Source of the DNA: Candidatus Latescibacterota bacterium | GTDB taxonomy: Bacteria; Latescibacterota; UBA2968; GCA-2709665 | Assembly: GCA_965219455.1 (NCBI GenBank) | Contig: OZ244744.1 | Span: 3,584,001-3,648,000 of the forward strand | Direction of reading: 5' to 3' | DNA: 64,000 bases | In this document: positions 1-10,202 of the stretch, in pieces | Numbering within the stretch: position 1 is the stretch's first letter | Layout of the letters: each line of letters begins with the position of its first letter | Notes under the pieces: model-generated | Database searches by the model: none | What the model was told of the DNA's origin: nothing | What the model saw: only the letters and a program-made list of their open reading frames with translations | Made by a program: the position numbers and the translations under genes

Positions 1-98
1 GCTTCTGCGCGGTCCAGTTCCGCGGTTGTGAGGGGGCTGTCGACAACGACGGCGCCCTGTTCCTCGTATTGTTTCAATTCCGCTTCCGTGAGTGGCAT
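1..98 (-). CDS. Phytanoyl-CoA dioxygenase (PhyH)-like protein, 5' part only (runs off window)
   Basis: ATG at 98 with upstream GGAGG; translates MPLTEAELKQYEEQGAVVVDSPLTTAELDRAEA, resembling the PhyH-family N-terminal pattern LT..E...Y.E.G.VVV...LT..EL. Confidence 0.55.
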   Translation of the reverse strand, partial: MPLTEAELKQYEEQGAVVVDSPLTTAELDRAE

Positions 99-218
99 TC
101 AACCCTCCTTTGGGTGAGGCTAACGGCGCGGCCAGTTGTCGTATATGAGCCGCCTGTGTTCTCGCCAAGACACGAGGTTTTATGTTATCCGAGCCGGAAG
201 TAGCGCGGCCGTCGAGAC

Positions 219-3200
219 TCAATTGGCAGCCGGCTCTCGTTGGTTCGGCAGCTGTGTGAAAGTCCGTCCTCGCGCCTTTTTCCGCTCCCGTTTGATATCA
301 TCCAGGACCGCCATGAAACACGGAATGACAAATAACGTCAGTACTGTCGAAACGAGCAATCCAAAAAGGATCACGTTCGCAAGCGGCGACCAGAGGGCCG
401 ACTTTCCTCCGATGCCGACAGCCATCGGCATCAGGCCGGATATCGTTGTTACCGAAGTCAGAATGATCGGTCGCAGTCGCAAACGTCCCGCGTTCACGAT
501 GCTCCGCCAGATGTTCGTCACGGACCCGCCGGCCTGTCTCCGTCTGTTAATGAAAGCGACCATCACAATGGCGTCGTTGACGACGATTCCCGCCAGGGCG
601 ACGAAACCGAAGAGCGAGATCAAGCTGAACGGATTCCCTGAAATCAGCAGGCCGAGCGACGCGCCAATGATTGCGAACGGCACGGCGGTCAGGATGACCA
701 GCGGCTGAGCGTACGAGTTGAACTGCGTTCCGAGGATCACAAACATCAGAATCAGGCTGACGGCGAACAGTGACGCGATATCTTCGAACGCTTCCATGAA
801 ATCCGTAAACTCGCCCCCGATCTCGAAGCTTACGCCGGAATACCGAGCTTCGATCGACGGAAAGATCTCAAGCAGTCTGTCGTTGATCTGATCCACCGTC
901 GTCGTTTCTTCGTCGATCTCCCCGGTGACCATGATGGTCCGCTTCCGGTCGAAGCGGTTAATCTCCGTGTGTCCGGGACCGATGGAGAAGGAGACCATGT
1001 CCCGCAGCGCGACCGTGCTCCCGCCTGCGTTCGTTACCTGCACGTTCAATACGTCGTCCACGGTCGACCGTTTGGCCTGGTCGTACTGCACGATGACGCC
1101 CACCTCTTCGTCTCCGTCCCGGAACTTCGTCGCCTCGACGCCGTCGAACGCGTATCGAACGTTCAGAGCCACCTCCTGCGCCGAGAATCCGTAAAGGGCC
1201 GCGCGCACTTCGTCCACTTCGATCCGGATCGCGTCCTTGCCCGGCGGGAAGTCGTCGGTCACCTCCAGCGCGCCCGGGATCCGGCGCAACGAGTCCTGCA
1301 GCACAAGCGCCGCTTCCTTCACCCGATCGAGATAACGGCCCTGGGCCTTTACCGAGATCGGTTTGCCCACTGGCGGGCCGCCGGTAAATTTTTCGAAGTT
1401 GACCGATGTGGCTCCGGCGATGTGCTCCGTGCGCTCCCGGAGCATGGCGATCAGCTCTTCCGACATTCTCACTCGTTCCTCCCTGGGCTTCAGTTGCACG
1501 AGGACCTGGGAGACGCTCTTCCGGGTCAGCCACTCGTTGTTGCTCTGAAGGAGGCCCACGTTCGTGACCACGGCCTCGATATCCTCGTCTGAAAGCCGGC
1601 GCGCCTCGGCCTCGTAGGCGCGGGTGACGCGATCCGATTCGTACAGGCTCGTCCCTTCCGGGAACTTGATGAGCACCTTGAAGGCGTCGAATTCCTCGTC
1701 GGAATAAAAATCGACAGGGAGCAGGCGGATGATCATCACGGCGCCGACCAGCACAACGACAAGACATCCGATGACCCAGTAGCGTCGACGCAGCGTGCGT
1801 ATCAGCAGACGCCCGTAGATCCTTCGAAGTCTCTTGAAGAACGGCTGTTCACCCCGTTTGTGGGCATTGGAACGCCCGGTCCATTCCGCGTAGTGGGAAG
1901 GCAGCAGAACGAAAGCCTCGACCACGGATGCGGCCAGCGCCAGGGCGAAGGTCAGCGGGATGATGCGCATGAATTTGCCCATGACGCCCGGCAGGAGGAT
2001 CAACGGGAGGAAGGCCGCGATGTTGGTGCCGACCGAACTGAGGATCGGGGTTGTCACTTCGCCCGTCCCGAGGATCGCGGATTCGCCGGCGCTGCGGCCC
2101 TGCAGCCGGTACCGGTGACAATTCTCGATCACGATGATGGCGTCATCCACGATGATGCCCAACACCATCACCATTGCGAACAGCGTGCTTCCGTTTATTG
2201 TGTAGCCGAATACGCTCAGCAGGATGAACGTAATGAAGAATGAGATGGGTATTCCAAGCGTGGCCAGAAAGGCGTTCCAGGATCCCAGGAACAGCCAGAG
2301 CACGAGCGAGATAAGTATCATCCCGGTGATCGCGTTGTTCCGGAGCGCGTTGATTACCCGGTTGATGTAGACGGAGTTGTCGTCGGTATAGCTGAAGCTG
2401 ATCCCGTCGGGTACCCGGCCTTCATAGTGGCCGACGGTTTCCTTGACCGCGAGAATCACGTCGATTGTGTTCGCGTCGGTTTTCTTCGACAGAGAAAACG
2501 TGATGGACGGGTTGCCGTTCAATCGAGAGAGGACTTCAGGCTCTTCGCGGCGATCCCGGACCCTTGCGACGTCACCGATTCTCACGGCGTCCCCGCCCGG
2601 TGCAGCCCGGATGATTGTCTCGCGGATCTCCTCCACGTTCCGGAACTCAGCGAGGGAGCGGATCACGTATTCCCTGGCGCCGTGCGTGAGGACTCCGCCA
2701 GGTACGTTCAGATTTCTCGCCTTCATCGCCCGAACCACGTCCAGGATCGTAAGACCGCGGGCAGCCAGCATGGACGGATCGACCTCGACCCATATTTCAC
2801 GCTCAGGCAGGCCGGCAACCTGAACCTTGGCAACGCCCGAGATATTCTTCAGGTCCTCCTCGAGATCGTCCGCGACAATCTGAGCATTCTCCTCGGGGAT
2901 CGTAAATGCCATGTTGACCGTGAGTATCGGGAGAAAATCGCCGCTGTCGAAGTCGTCCACTACCGGATCTTCAGCCTCTTCCGGAAGCGCCACCCGGTCG
3001 ATACGACCCTTGAGATCGGTGTAAATCTCCCTGAACTCGGACTCCGGCATGTCTTCGAACTTGACGAGGACCGTGGCCAGCCCCTCGCCTGCTTTGGAAT
3101 TCAACTCATCGATCTTGTCCAGATCGTGGATCTCCGCCTCGATCGGGTCCACAATCAGGCTCTCCACCTCTTCCGGACTCGCGCCCGGGTAGGGGATCGC

Positions 3201-3341
3201 GATAATCACCCAGTTGAAGTCAATCTGCGGATTCAATTCCTGCGGCATGTTAAAGAGACAGATGGCGCCGAAGCAGATCAGTCCCGCCATGACCAGGTTC
3301 ACAAATACCGGGTTTCGGACCGAGAATTTCGCTATCGACAT
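219..3341 (-). CDS. RND efflux transporter permease subunit (AcrB/AcrD/AcrF family)
   Basis: 1040 aa; MSIAKFSVRNPV start, GIIVDDAIIVIEN (TM4), GIVVNDAIVMV, RLRPIILTSVTT motifs; hydrophobic segments flanking two large periplasmic loops. Confidence 0.96.
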   Translation of the reverse strand: MSIAKFSVRNPVFVNLVMAGLICFGAICLFNMPQELNPQIDFNWVIIAIPYPGASPEEVESLIVDPIEAEIHDLDKIDELNSKAGEGLATVLVKFEDMPESEFREIYTDLKGRIDRVALPEEAEDPVVDDFDSGDFLPILTVNMAFTIPEENAQIVADDLEEDLKNISGVAKVQVAGLPEREIWVEVDPSMLAARGLTILDVVRAMKARNLNVPGGVLTHGAREYVIRSLAEFRNVEEIRETIIRAAPGGDAVRIGDVARVRDRREEPEVLSRLNGNPSITFSLSKKTDANTIDVILAVKETVGHYEGRVPDGISFSYTDDNSVYINRVINALRNNAITGMILISLVLWLFLGSWNAFLATLGIPISFFITFILLSVFGYTINGSTLFAMVMVLGIIVDDAIIVIENCHRYRLQGRSAGESAILGTGEVTTPILSSVGTNIAAFLPLILLPGVMGKFMRIIPLTFALALAASVVEAFVLLPSHYAEWTGRSNAHKRGEQPFFKRLRRIYGRLLIRTLRRRYWVIGCLVVVLVGAVMIIRLLPVDFYSDEEFDAFKVLIKFPEGTSLYESDRVTRAYEAEARRLSDEDIEAVVTNVGLLQSNNEWLTRKSVSQVLVQLKPREERVRMSEELIAMLRERTEHIAGATSVNFEKFTGGPPVGKPISVKAQGRYLDRVKEAALVLQDSLRRIPGALEVTDDFPPGKDAIRIEVDEVRAALYGFSAQEVALNVRYAFDGVEATKFRDGDEEVGVIVQYDQAKRSTVDDVLNVQVTNAGGSTVALRDMVSFSIGPGHTEINRFDRKRTIMVTGEIDEETTTVDQINDRLLEIFPSIEARYSGVSFEIGGEFTDFMEAFEDIASLFAVSLILMFVILGTQFNSYAQPLVILTAVPFAIIGASLGLLISGNPFSLISLFGFVALAGIVVNDAIVMVAFINRRRQAGGSVTNIWRSIVNAGRLRLRPIILTSVTTISGLMPMAVGIGGKSALWSPLANVILFGLLVSTVLTLFVIPCFMAVLDDIKRERKKARGRTFTQLPNQREPAAN

Positions 3342-3386
3342 ATCAGGAATGCCTCACGTACCAGAACGTTTCAGGGTCCCTTCGAT

Positions 3387-4496
3387 TCAACGTAGGGCGC
3401 GAATCACCACGTGCGTTGCAGCCCCCAGGCGGTTCATGCCCGCCACGACAATCGTATCCCCCTCCGCAAGACCCGATTCCACGGCGACCTGGGAGCCGAA
3501 CGTTACCCGCGTTTTCACCTCGGTAAGCCGTGCGATCCCATCCCGGATCCGATAGACATGCTCCCTGCCGTCCCTGGCGACGACCGCGTTGCCCGGTACA
3601 ACGAACTGGAGACTTGAACCGCCCAATATCACGCGGCACCGGGCTGCCAATCCCGCGCGAATGGACATGTCGGGCGCATTTTCCAGGTGGACCTCAACGG
3701 GAAACGCGCCGGTCGTCTCCTCGGCCTGAGGGGAGATGTAGCGGACGTAACCATCGAAGGTCCGGTCTCCCAGCGCGGCAACGGTGATGCGTACGGGCCC
3801 GCCTTCCTGTACGCGGCCGATGGCGGTCTGCGGGATACCGAGCATGACTTTCATCGTGTCCAGATTCACCACCCGATACGTCGTCGCTCCGGTCGATGTC
3901 ATCGCGCCCAACTCGACGTGCTTTCTGGATATCCATCCGTCGATCGGGCTGGTCAGCCGCGTGTCCTCAAATCCCTTACGGGCACGACTCAGATCAGCCT
4001 GGTTCGACTTCAGATCGGCCTCTGCAGCCTTAACAGCAAGCCGGGAATTCTCGAAGGACAGCCTGGAAATGTCCTCGTGTTCGAACAGTTGACGGTCACT
4101 CTCGAAATTCAGCCGCGCGATCTCCAGTTTGTTCTCGGCGGAGAGGACCTGCGCCATCGCGTGTTCCAGCCGGGCCCTGGCCACGCGGTCGTCGATCACC
4201 GCGAGGGTGTCTCCGGACCGCACACGGCCCCCGACCTGGGCCCTGACCTGCGTGAGTCTCCCGCCGGTTTCAGCGACCACGTCCACCGCCCGGTGCGGGA
4301 CGATAACGCCCGTGACCTCAACGGCCTCCTCCACGTTTTCAAGCCGCACAACCCTGGCCTCGACCGGGACCGCCCGCAGGGTTTCCGCGCCCGGCTCGGC
4401 CGATCCGCCGGCATCGGAGTCCTCCTGCGGCCCACACGAAGGCAGGCAGCAGCACAGAGCGACCAGGGCGTATGTTATTGCGTCTTTATTCTTCAT
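3387..4496 (-). CDS. RND efflux periplasmic adaptor (membrane fusion protein)
   Basis: Likely start MKNKDAITY at 4496, overlapping the tolC-like stop; lipoprotein-like signal; V.AETGGRL..V....GGRV..GDTLA.ID, LTSPIDGWI and V.SGLAEGD.IVV.G motifs. Confidence 0.93.
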   Translation of the reverse strand: MKNKDAITYALVALCCCLPSCGPQEDSDAGGSAEPGAETLRAVPVEARVVRLENVEEAVEVTGVIVPHRAVDVVAETGGRLTQVRAQVGGRVRSGDTLAVIDDRVARARLEHAMAQVLSAENKLEIARLNFESDRQLFEHEDISRLSFENSRLAVKAAEADLKSNQADLSRARKGFEDTRLTSPIDGWISRKHVELGAMTSTGATTYRVVNLDTMKVMLGIPQTAIGRVQEGGPVRITVAALGDRTFDGYVRYISPQAEETTGAFPVEVHLENAPDMSIRAGLAARCRVILGGSSLQFVVPGNAVVARDGREHVYRIRDGIARLTEVKTRVTFGSQVAVESGLAEGDTIVVAGMNRLGAATHVVIRALR

Positions 4497-5917
4497 TTTG
4501 ACTCCACCATTTCCTCGACCAGATCGTCGAGGCTGCCCATCAGGTAGCTCAACTCGATTACCGCTGAGGTAAGGTCGAACCGGGTCGTGATCTCCATCAA
4601 TCGGGCGTTCTGCAGATTCAGCTTGGCGTCGATGACGTCCAGGTTCGATGCCCGCCCCAGTTCTTTTTCCCGGGAGACGATCCGGTAGTTGTTCTCGTTG
4701 AAGTCCAGGCTGGTCCTGATCAGTTCGCGCTGGTTTTTCAGATTGACGATCCGATTTACCGTCTCGCCGAGCGTCTGTCGGGTTTCGTCCACCAGATCGG
4801 AGAAGCGTGTATCCTGCGCCCGGTAACTGAAGAGCGCCGATTTCAGGCGCGAAAGGTTGCGGAATCCGGTGAACAGCGGAACCGACATATTGAGCATGAT
4901 CATTGAGGGTCTGTAGTCGTCCAACGCCAGCGTATCGTTTCTGCGCCATGCGGTGGAATAGCTGAGAGAGACGTCGGGCAGGTAGCTCGAATATTGCCCC
5001 CGGTAGACAAGGCGACTGCGTTCGCGGTCCCGTGCGGCGGCAGCCAGCATGGCGTTTCCGTCAACCAACGTCTGGTTGTCGACGCCCACGAGCGCCCGAA
5101 TTTCTTCTTCAGACAGACTCGCCACCCGGGTCACCTCCACGTCGAGTCGGGGCGGGATGCGGTCCACCAGCGCACCGGAGTGCAGCATACGAAGGCCAAG
5201 CAGCCGGCGCAGACGAACCGTCGCATCGCGCAACCCAGCCTTCCCGGTGGCCACGCCGCTTTTCTGCTGCTGGTGTTCCACCTGCCACCGTAGCAGATCC
5301 AGCTTCGAATATCTCCCCGCGCGGTGCATCCTTTCGGCCTTCCGGACGTTCAGGCCGGTCAGGACGAGGAACTCACGCTGAAGCTCAAGCATCGCGCCGC
5401 GTTTCAACACTTCGAGGTAGCCGGAAATGACATGGTACAGGATTCGATCCCGGATGGCCTCTCGCGTCCGTTCGGCTGCGGCCTGTCCCGTCCTCGCGAC
5501 CGAAAGGCCGTTAATCAGTTCCGCGTCGAAGATTGGGAGGTGCGCCTCAAATGACGAATAATATGACGTGCGGAACGCTACCTTTGGCACGGGGATTTCG
5601 GGTGGGAAGTACCGCGAAAAATCCCGCTCGGCCAGCGTCTGTTCGTCAATCCGGGTAATTTCCGTGTTGAAGCTGACCCTTGGAGCGAACTGCGACCACG
5701 CGTTCCGACGATCCCAGTTCGCCTTTTCCGCGGCGAACCTCGCCGCCTGTAGCTGGCGGTTGCCGGACAGGGCCTGCCGCAGACACGCCTCCAGGGTCAT
5801 CCGGGGTCCGTCCGTCGGATTCGCGCCGCAGGGTACGGCAGACAAACATAGGACAGCGCCTATCAGAATGAAGGTGTCTCGACGACGATCAAAGACATTT
5901 GTCATAGAATGCTCCAT
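4493..5917 (-). CDS. TolC family outer membrane efflux protein
   Basis: Signal peptide, MTLEACLRQALSGN, two OEP repeats (FAPRVS / YLPDVSLS, SVPLFTGF, GRASNLDVIDAK); first gene of the tripartite efflux operon. Confidence 0.93.
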   Translation of the reverse strand: MEHSMTNVFDRRRDTFILIGAVLCLSAVPCGANPTDGPRMTLEACLRQALSGNRQLQAARFAAEKANWDRRNAWSQFAPRVSFNTEITRIDEQTLAERDFSRYFPPEIPVPKVAFRTSYYSSFEAHLPIFDAELINGLSVARTGQAAAERTREAIRDRILYHVISGYLEVLKRGAMLELQREFLVLTGLNVRKAERMHRAGRYSKLDLLRWQVEHQQQKSGVATGKAGLRDATVRLRRLLGLRMLHSGALVDRIPPRLDVEVTRVASLSEEEIRALVGVDNQTLVDGNAMLAAAARDRERSRLVYRGQYSSYLPDVSLSYSTAWRRNDTLALDDYRPSMIMLNMSVPLFTGFRNLSRLKSALFSYRAQDTRFSDLVDETRQTLGETVNRIVNLKNQRELIRTSLDFNENNYRIVSREKELGRASNLDVIDAKLNLQNARLMEITTRFDLTSAVIELSYLMGSLDDLVEEMVESK

Positions 5918-6103
5918 AAGGATTGCGCTACTGAAGAGACGTCCCGGATAACGGGTGGCGGCGAGCCAGGGAACTCGGCGCAGGCAGGTCGGTTTCTGAT
6001 GGGGTCTGCCCGGGCTTCTATCTGTTTGCGTTTGAGGTCATTGACTATGTGCTGTTATTTGACGTATCGGGGTTTGCCATCGCGGGATCGACGTCAACGT
6101 CCT

Positions 6104-7100
6104 TGATCAAATTGAGGCCGCCGTTTCAACTTCGGCAGACTGCAGGGAGAATGGGGAGATCTCTTGAGGAAGCTTCGGAAGCACCTGTTTGGAGGACGAT
6201 AAGACGGTATACTGATCCCCCATAACACGCACGATCAGACCATACAGATCGCTGTCTCTCTCGGTATAGGTCGCTTGAAGCCTGCGCAATAACTGCCCGG
6301 ATTCCTGCACCTTCTCACCCTTTTCAACGCGGGTGAGACCATAGACAACCTGATAGGGCTTCACCTTGAGCAATCCGTCCAAAACCTGTTTTTTCGTTGA
6401 AAAACGTCGCTTTTGGTCCTTGTCCAGCGATCCCCAGAACGCTCGTATGCATCGCGCCACCAGCTGCAACCGACAACAAAGCACAATGTTCGAGCCGATC
6501 AACTTACTGTCCATGCGGACGTGCTGACCCAACACACCAAAGGCGTTGGCCTGCGTCCTGGTTAAGCTCGAGAGCGTCTCGCCAATCAGTTCGCGACCAG
6601 TCTTCAGTTGATACTCATACAAAGCATGCTTGAACAGATAATACGTGGACTCAACAGGCGCCTCATCGCATAGATTCATCATCCCCAATGCCCGCATCAC
6701 CAGGATATTGAATCGACAATGCTCGAACAGTTGCGCATCGCTCCATCCAAAACCCTCCCTCAAGATCACCATCGACACCAGTTGTCGAATCGGCGCACCG
6801 GGGCGGTCCCGGTTGGCATCGTGCAACACCGAGAACAGATCCTCATCGACCTTTGACGTGACGTGCTCGTAAAACAGATTATGCCACGACTTCGGATCAT
6901 TCAACTGATCCTGCTTCCGACTCTTGAAATGCGACTCGAAGCTGGCAAACAGATCCGGCTGACTTGAAGGGGCACTCCTTCCAAACATAGATCCCTCCCT
7001 TCTTTGCGATCAATCATCAATCCAGCTTTGCAACCTCTTCACACCTGGAATTTAGCGCTTTTACCCGGCTAGGTAAACGCGACTTTTCGGAGTTGACTCA
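6104..7100 (-). mobile_element. Truncated insertion sequence (IS1182/IS5-like), copy 1
   Basis: One terminal motif (GACTTTTCGGAGTTGACTCA, ~7081-7100) upstream of a transposase; other end absent; near-identical copy at 23498-24494. Confidence 0.75.
6107..6988 (-). pseudogene. DDE transposase, N-terminal DUF772-like domain plus first catalytic Asp, C-terminally truncated
   Basis: RPGAPIRQLVSMVIL...GWSDAQLFEHCRFNILVMRALG, RMDSKLIGSNI; ends at SLQSAE, before the remaining DDE residues. Confidence 0.8.
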
Positions 7101-7155
7101 AAGATCAATAGACGAATCGGTCAGGCGGGTTGAACGGTCCAACGACACCTTGCGA

Positions 7156-7341
7156 TCACGCCACCCTGTGGAGGCATTCGACACCGGCTCTGGAAGCCGC
7201 GTCGATGTCGAAGCCTACGATGTCTCCGTTGGCGTCGAGATCGACATTCAGCCCGTTAGCGACCTCTCGCGTTTCTGTGCCCGGACCTGATTTGAACTCA
7301 ACGTACAGGCTATCGGTTTCGGGATAGTAATGGAGTTTCAT
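7156..7341 (-). CDS. DUF2283 domain protein (C-terminus possibly altered)
   Basis: MKLHYYPETDSLYVEF...TREVANGLNVDLDANGDIVGFDID is the characteristic DUF2283 pattern. Confidence 0.8.
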   Translation of the reverse strand: MKLHYYPETDSLYVEFKSGPGTETREVANGLNVDLDANGDIVGFDIDAASRAGVECLHRVA

Positions 7342-7400
7342 GGCCCTTCCTTTCGAAATCCGCGATCAAGGAACGCGTTGCTGCAATCCGGGCTGTTCCT

Positions 7401-7637
7401 TCAAGAGAGAGCCGCGTATTCATAGACCTGAGTCTCGATAGTGCGAACGGGTCGGCATTGTTCCCACACCACTTGCTGCAGGCGTTCGACGGTCTCCGGT
7501 GAGAAGTGCTTCTCACCTGTCTCCACGTTGACTCGCGCCGGGACGTTTTCAATCAGGAAGAGCCGCCCATCTAGTTCAATGTGATACGTCACCTTTTTTT
7601 CTACCAGCGTCTCGTTCCATGCGGTGTCTTCAGACAT
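7401..7637 (-). CDS. YgiT-type (MqsA N-terminal-like) antitoxin-like protein lacking the Zn-binding cysteines
   Basis: VTYHIELDGRLFLIENVPARVNVETGEKHFSPETVERLQ; start overlaps DUF4258 stop (ATGTCTGA). Confidence 0.75.
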   Translation of the reverse strand: MSEDTAWNETLVEKKVTYHIELDGRLFLIENVPARVNVETGEKHFSPETVERLQQVVWEQCRPVRTIETQVYEYAALS

Positions 7638-7950
7638 CGTCCTGTCTCCTTGTCTTGAAGTTGATCCATTTTGAGGGATCAGGTTCATACAGGGTAATGA
7701 TTTTGATTATGGGCCTGACAGGATAGCTGCAATGGAAATGAATTGGCCTATCGGACAACGTGAAGCCGAGAACCAGGCAACTGGGACCATATTTGTCGTG
7801 CGGATAGTCTTCAACGACTTCACTCCGCTCAATGGCTTCTCGGAAATCCTGCATGCTGATCCCGCGAATAATGCTTTGATCAACGGCATGTTGCGAGAAC
7901 TCGACTTGCCCGGTCTTGATTTTGTGAAGTATTTCATCGAGAATTTCCAT
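7630..7950 (-). CDS. DUF4258 domain protein (putative RelE-like toxin)
   Basis: FSQHAVDQS..RGIS...EVVEDYPHDKYGPSCLVLG...RPIH...IITLYEPDPSKW. Confidence 0.85.
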   Translation of the reverse strand: MEILDEILHKIKTGQVEFSQHAVDQSIIRGISMQDFREAIERSEVVEDYPHDKYGPSCLVLGFTLSDRPIHFHCSYPVRPIIKIITLYEPDPSKWINFKTRRQDDV

Positions 7951-8286
7951 TTCGTCATCGCCCTTCGCCCAACTCCGCCAAAGGTTGTTTTCACATATGC
8001 GTCAGTCGGCATCTCCGCTTGATGCTGGTCAGCTTTGCCGAGTCGGTCATCTCCAAATACCCGCCCTACATTAGCAGTTGGAGGTCTTCCCCCGCGCTGC
8101 AGGCAGGCCCACAAGGGATGCCCCTACAAGGCGGCCATGAGTGGTTCAGCACTGAAGGTGCTTGATCCGGTACCGCGAACTGGTAGTTTGCGGAATAGTC
8201 GCTGGACCGTCGCCTCAAACGTATGAAGCGAACATCGAGCCTTCAATAACGGGCAATCGTCAGCTTTCGCAGCCCGCGGAACGCCG

Positions 8287-8360
8287 AGCGTCCAATTGTC
8301 GATTAATAGAGCGTCTAATTGTCGGTTAGAATACCGTCCATGTGTTGAATATCTGCGACG
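8287..8360. repeat. 23-bp-period direct repeat array, copy 1 of 5
   Basis: AGCGTCCAATTGTCG at 8287, AGCGTCTAATTGTCG at 8310, ACCGTCCATGTGTTG at 8333. Confidence 0.85.
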
Positions 8361-8440
8361 TGTAATCTACAAGATTTGGTCCCCGCAATCACGAGGCGAG
8401 ACCGTCAGCAAGGTCGATCAATGCTGCGAGCGGGGCGTCC

Positions 8441-9688
8441 CTACCGCTCCCACAATTCGCTCAGCGGCACGGCGAGAATGCGTTTGTCGGCAAGCGGGAG
8501 ACGGTCGCGGCCGGCGTAGAGCAGCACGCCGGACTCGAAATCCTCGCCGCAACGATCTGCGAGCCGAACAAGCCCTTTCCCGTCTCCGGAGGTGATCCCA
8601 CGGGCGGCTTTGACTTCAATACCCCATGTCTTCTGGCCCCGGGTAATGACTACGTCGACTTCCACCCTATCCTTGTCGCGATAGTGCCAGAAACGCAGAT
8701 CCGGTTCCGTCCAGGTGGCCTGGGCAATGAGTTGCTGCACCACAAAGGACGCCAACAGACGTCCCATGCGGTCCCTCCTGCCGAGCCAGTCGTACGCGGT
8801 CAGGTTCGCGAGGGTTGCAGCCAGCCCGGTATCGAGGAGATGGACCTTGGGTGTTCTGATGAGCCGTTTGGCCGGGTTGCGGCGCCACGCGGGAAGGCGT
8901 CGCACCAGAAAGAGCCGCTCGAGCACGGCGACGTAGTGATCTACCGTCGACCGGTGCAGGCCCAGGGTATTGGCCAGATTGCTGGTGTTCAATAATCCGG
9001 CGCTACGAAGGGCCAACAGCTCCAACAAGCGAGCGAGTTCGTGCGCATCTCTCACCCGTGCCACGTCCTGCACGTCCCGATCGATGATGCTGCGTAGATA
9101 CTGCCTGTGCCATTGCCGGGAGCGGACGGGCGTGCGGGTCAGCGGCTCGGGGTACCCGCCGGCGACCAGTCTGTCCGGCAGCGACGGCCCTTCGGGCGTC
9201 GCATCGGGCCGGATGTCCGGCTCGATCGCGCCGTTCAGCAGGTCGCTGAGGAAGTGACCCGGCGCGCGCGCTTTTTCGGATTCCGTCAATGGGTGCAACT
9301 GCGCCATTTCCATCCGGCCGGCCAGGGATTCAGTTACGGTCGGTACCAGCAACAGATTGGCCGAGCCGGTCAGCACGAAACGACCGGGACGGCGGTCCTG
9401 ATCCACGGCGCGCTTGATGGCGGGGAGCAGTTCAGGCGCCCGTTGCACCTCGTCCAGAGTCACCGCCTCCGGCAGGCTGGCGACGAAACCGGCCGGATCG
9501 GCCAGGGCAGTCTGACGGTAGTTTTGCTCGTCCAGGCTGACGTATGCACGGTCTGGCGCGAGTTGCTGCACGAGCGTTGTCTTCCCGCACTGCCGCGGTC
9601 CGAGCAGACAGACCACCGGCGTGTCGGCCAGGGCCTCCCGGATTACGGGTTCCAGCGAGCGGGGAAACAGGGAACGGTTAGCGTCCAT
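8441..9688 (-). CDS. AAA_14 ATPase with DUF4143 domain (COG1373-type)
   Basis: Walker A GPRQCGKT, Walker B LDEVQR, LTGSA, SLAGR, PKVHLLDTGL, C-terminal EVDVV...IEVK PD-(D/E)XK-like motif. Confidence 0.93.
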   Translation of the reverse strand: MDANRSLFPRSLEPVIREALADTPVVCLLGPRQCGKTTLVQQLAPDRAYVSLDEQNYRQTALADPAGFVASLPEAVTLDEVQRAPELLPAIKRAVDQDRRPGRFVLTGSANLLLVPTVTESLAGRMEMAQLHPLTESEKARAPGHFLSDLLNGAIEPDIRPDATPEGPSLPDRLVAGGYPEPLTRTPVRSRQWHRQYLRSIIDRDVQDVARVRDAHELARLLELLALRSAGLLNTSNLANTLGLHRSTVDHYVAVLERLFLVRRLPAWRRNPAKRLIRTPKVHLLDTGLAATLANLTAYDWLGRRDRMGRLLASFVVQQLIAQATWTEPDLRFWHYRDKDRVEVDVVITRGQKTWGIEVKAARGITSGDGKGLVRLADRCGEDFESGVLLYAGRDRLPLADKRILAVPLSELWER

Positions 9689-9760
9689 TTGTCGGGTTCG
9701 ATAGCGGCCAATTGACGGTTAACAGAGCGTCCATTTGTCGAATGAGAGCGACGTGACAAT
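9680..9760. repeat. 23-bp-period direct repeat array, copy 2, overlapping the ATPase start codon
   Basis: Units at 9680, 9703, 9726; first unit contains the complement of ATGGACGCT. Confidence 0.85.
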
Positions 9761-10202
9761 CTACAGGATTGGAACGCAAAGATCAAGAGACGATTCTGTC
9801 AGTCGGGTCGAACAATGCCGCGAACATGAACCTGGAACTCGTGAAGCAACGTGCGACCAGGGTGTCGGATGGATGGGACAAGTGTCCTGTCCCAAAAATA
9901 CCTCACCATTCTACCGCCGATTCATCCCGTCTCGCAGCGTTGCCTTCGCTCGCCGACCTGGCCAGGTCGCCAGCGCTCTGGCGCCTTGCGAGCCGGGCGA
10001 CTCGACGGCCGAATTCAGGCAACTTATTTTCGGGACCGAACACTGGGAAATTGGAATCCGTGGTTTCATCATTGGGGTTGTTGTGACGTGGAAAAGAGGA
10101 AGCACAATACAAGACCGTCTCCGGCTCCTCCGGCTGACCACGACGCGGCGTGCCGACATAACTCGTTTACCCCGGAGGTGAAAGGAATCAGCGTTTTACC
10201 TG

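Noticed and set aside
118-190. attC-like site (GGCTAAC...GTTATCC); also a lone GCCTAAC at 19974
   Set aside because: Interior does not form the extended attC hairpin, sites do not recur between genes, and no integron integrase is present.
4497-4949. 150-aa N-terminal extension of the efflux adaptor ORF
   Set aside because: Overlaps the tolC-like gene in another frame; the signal peptide starts at 4496.
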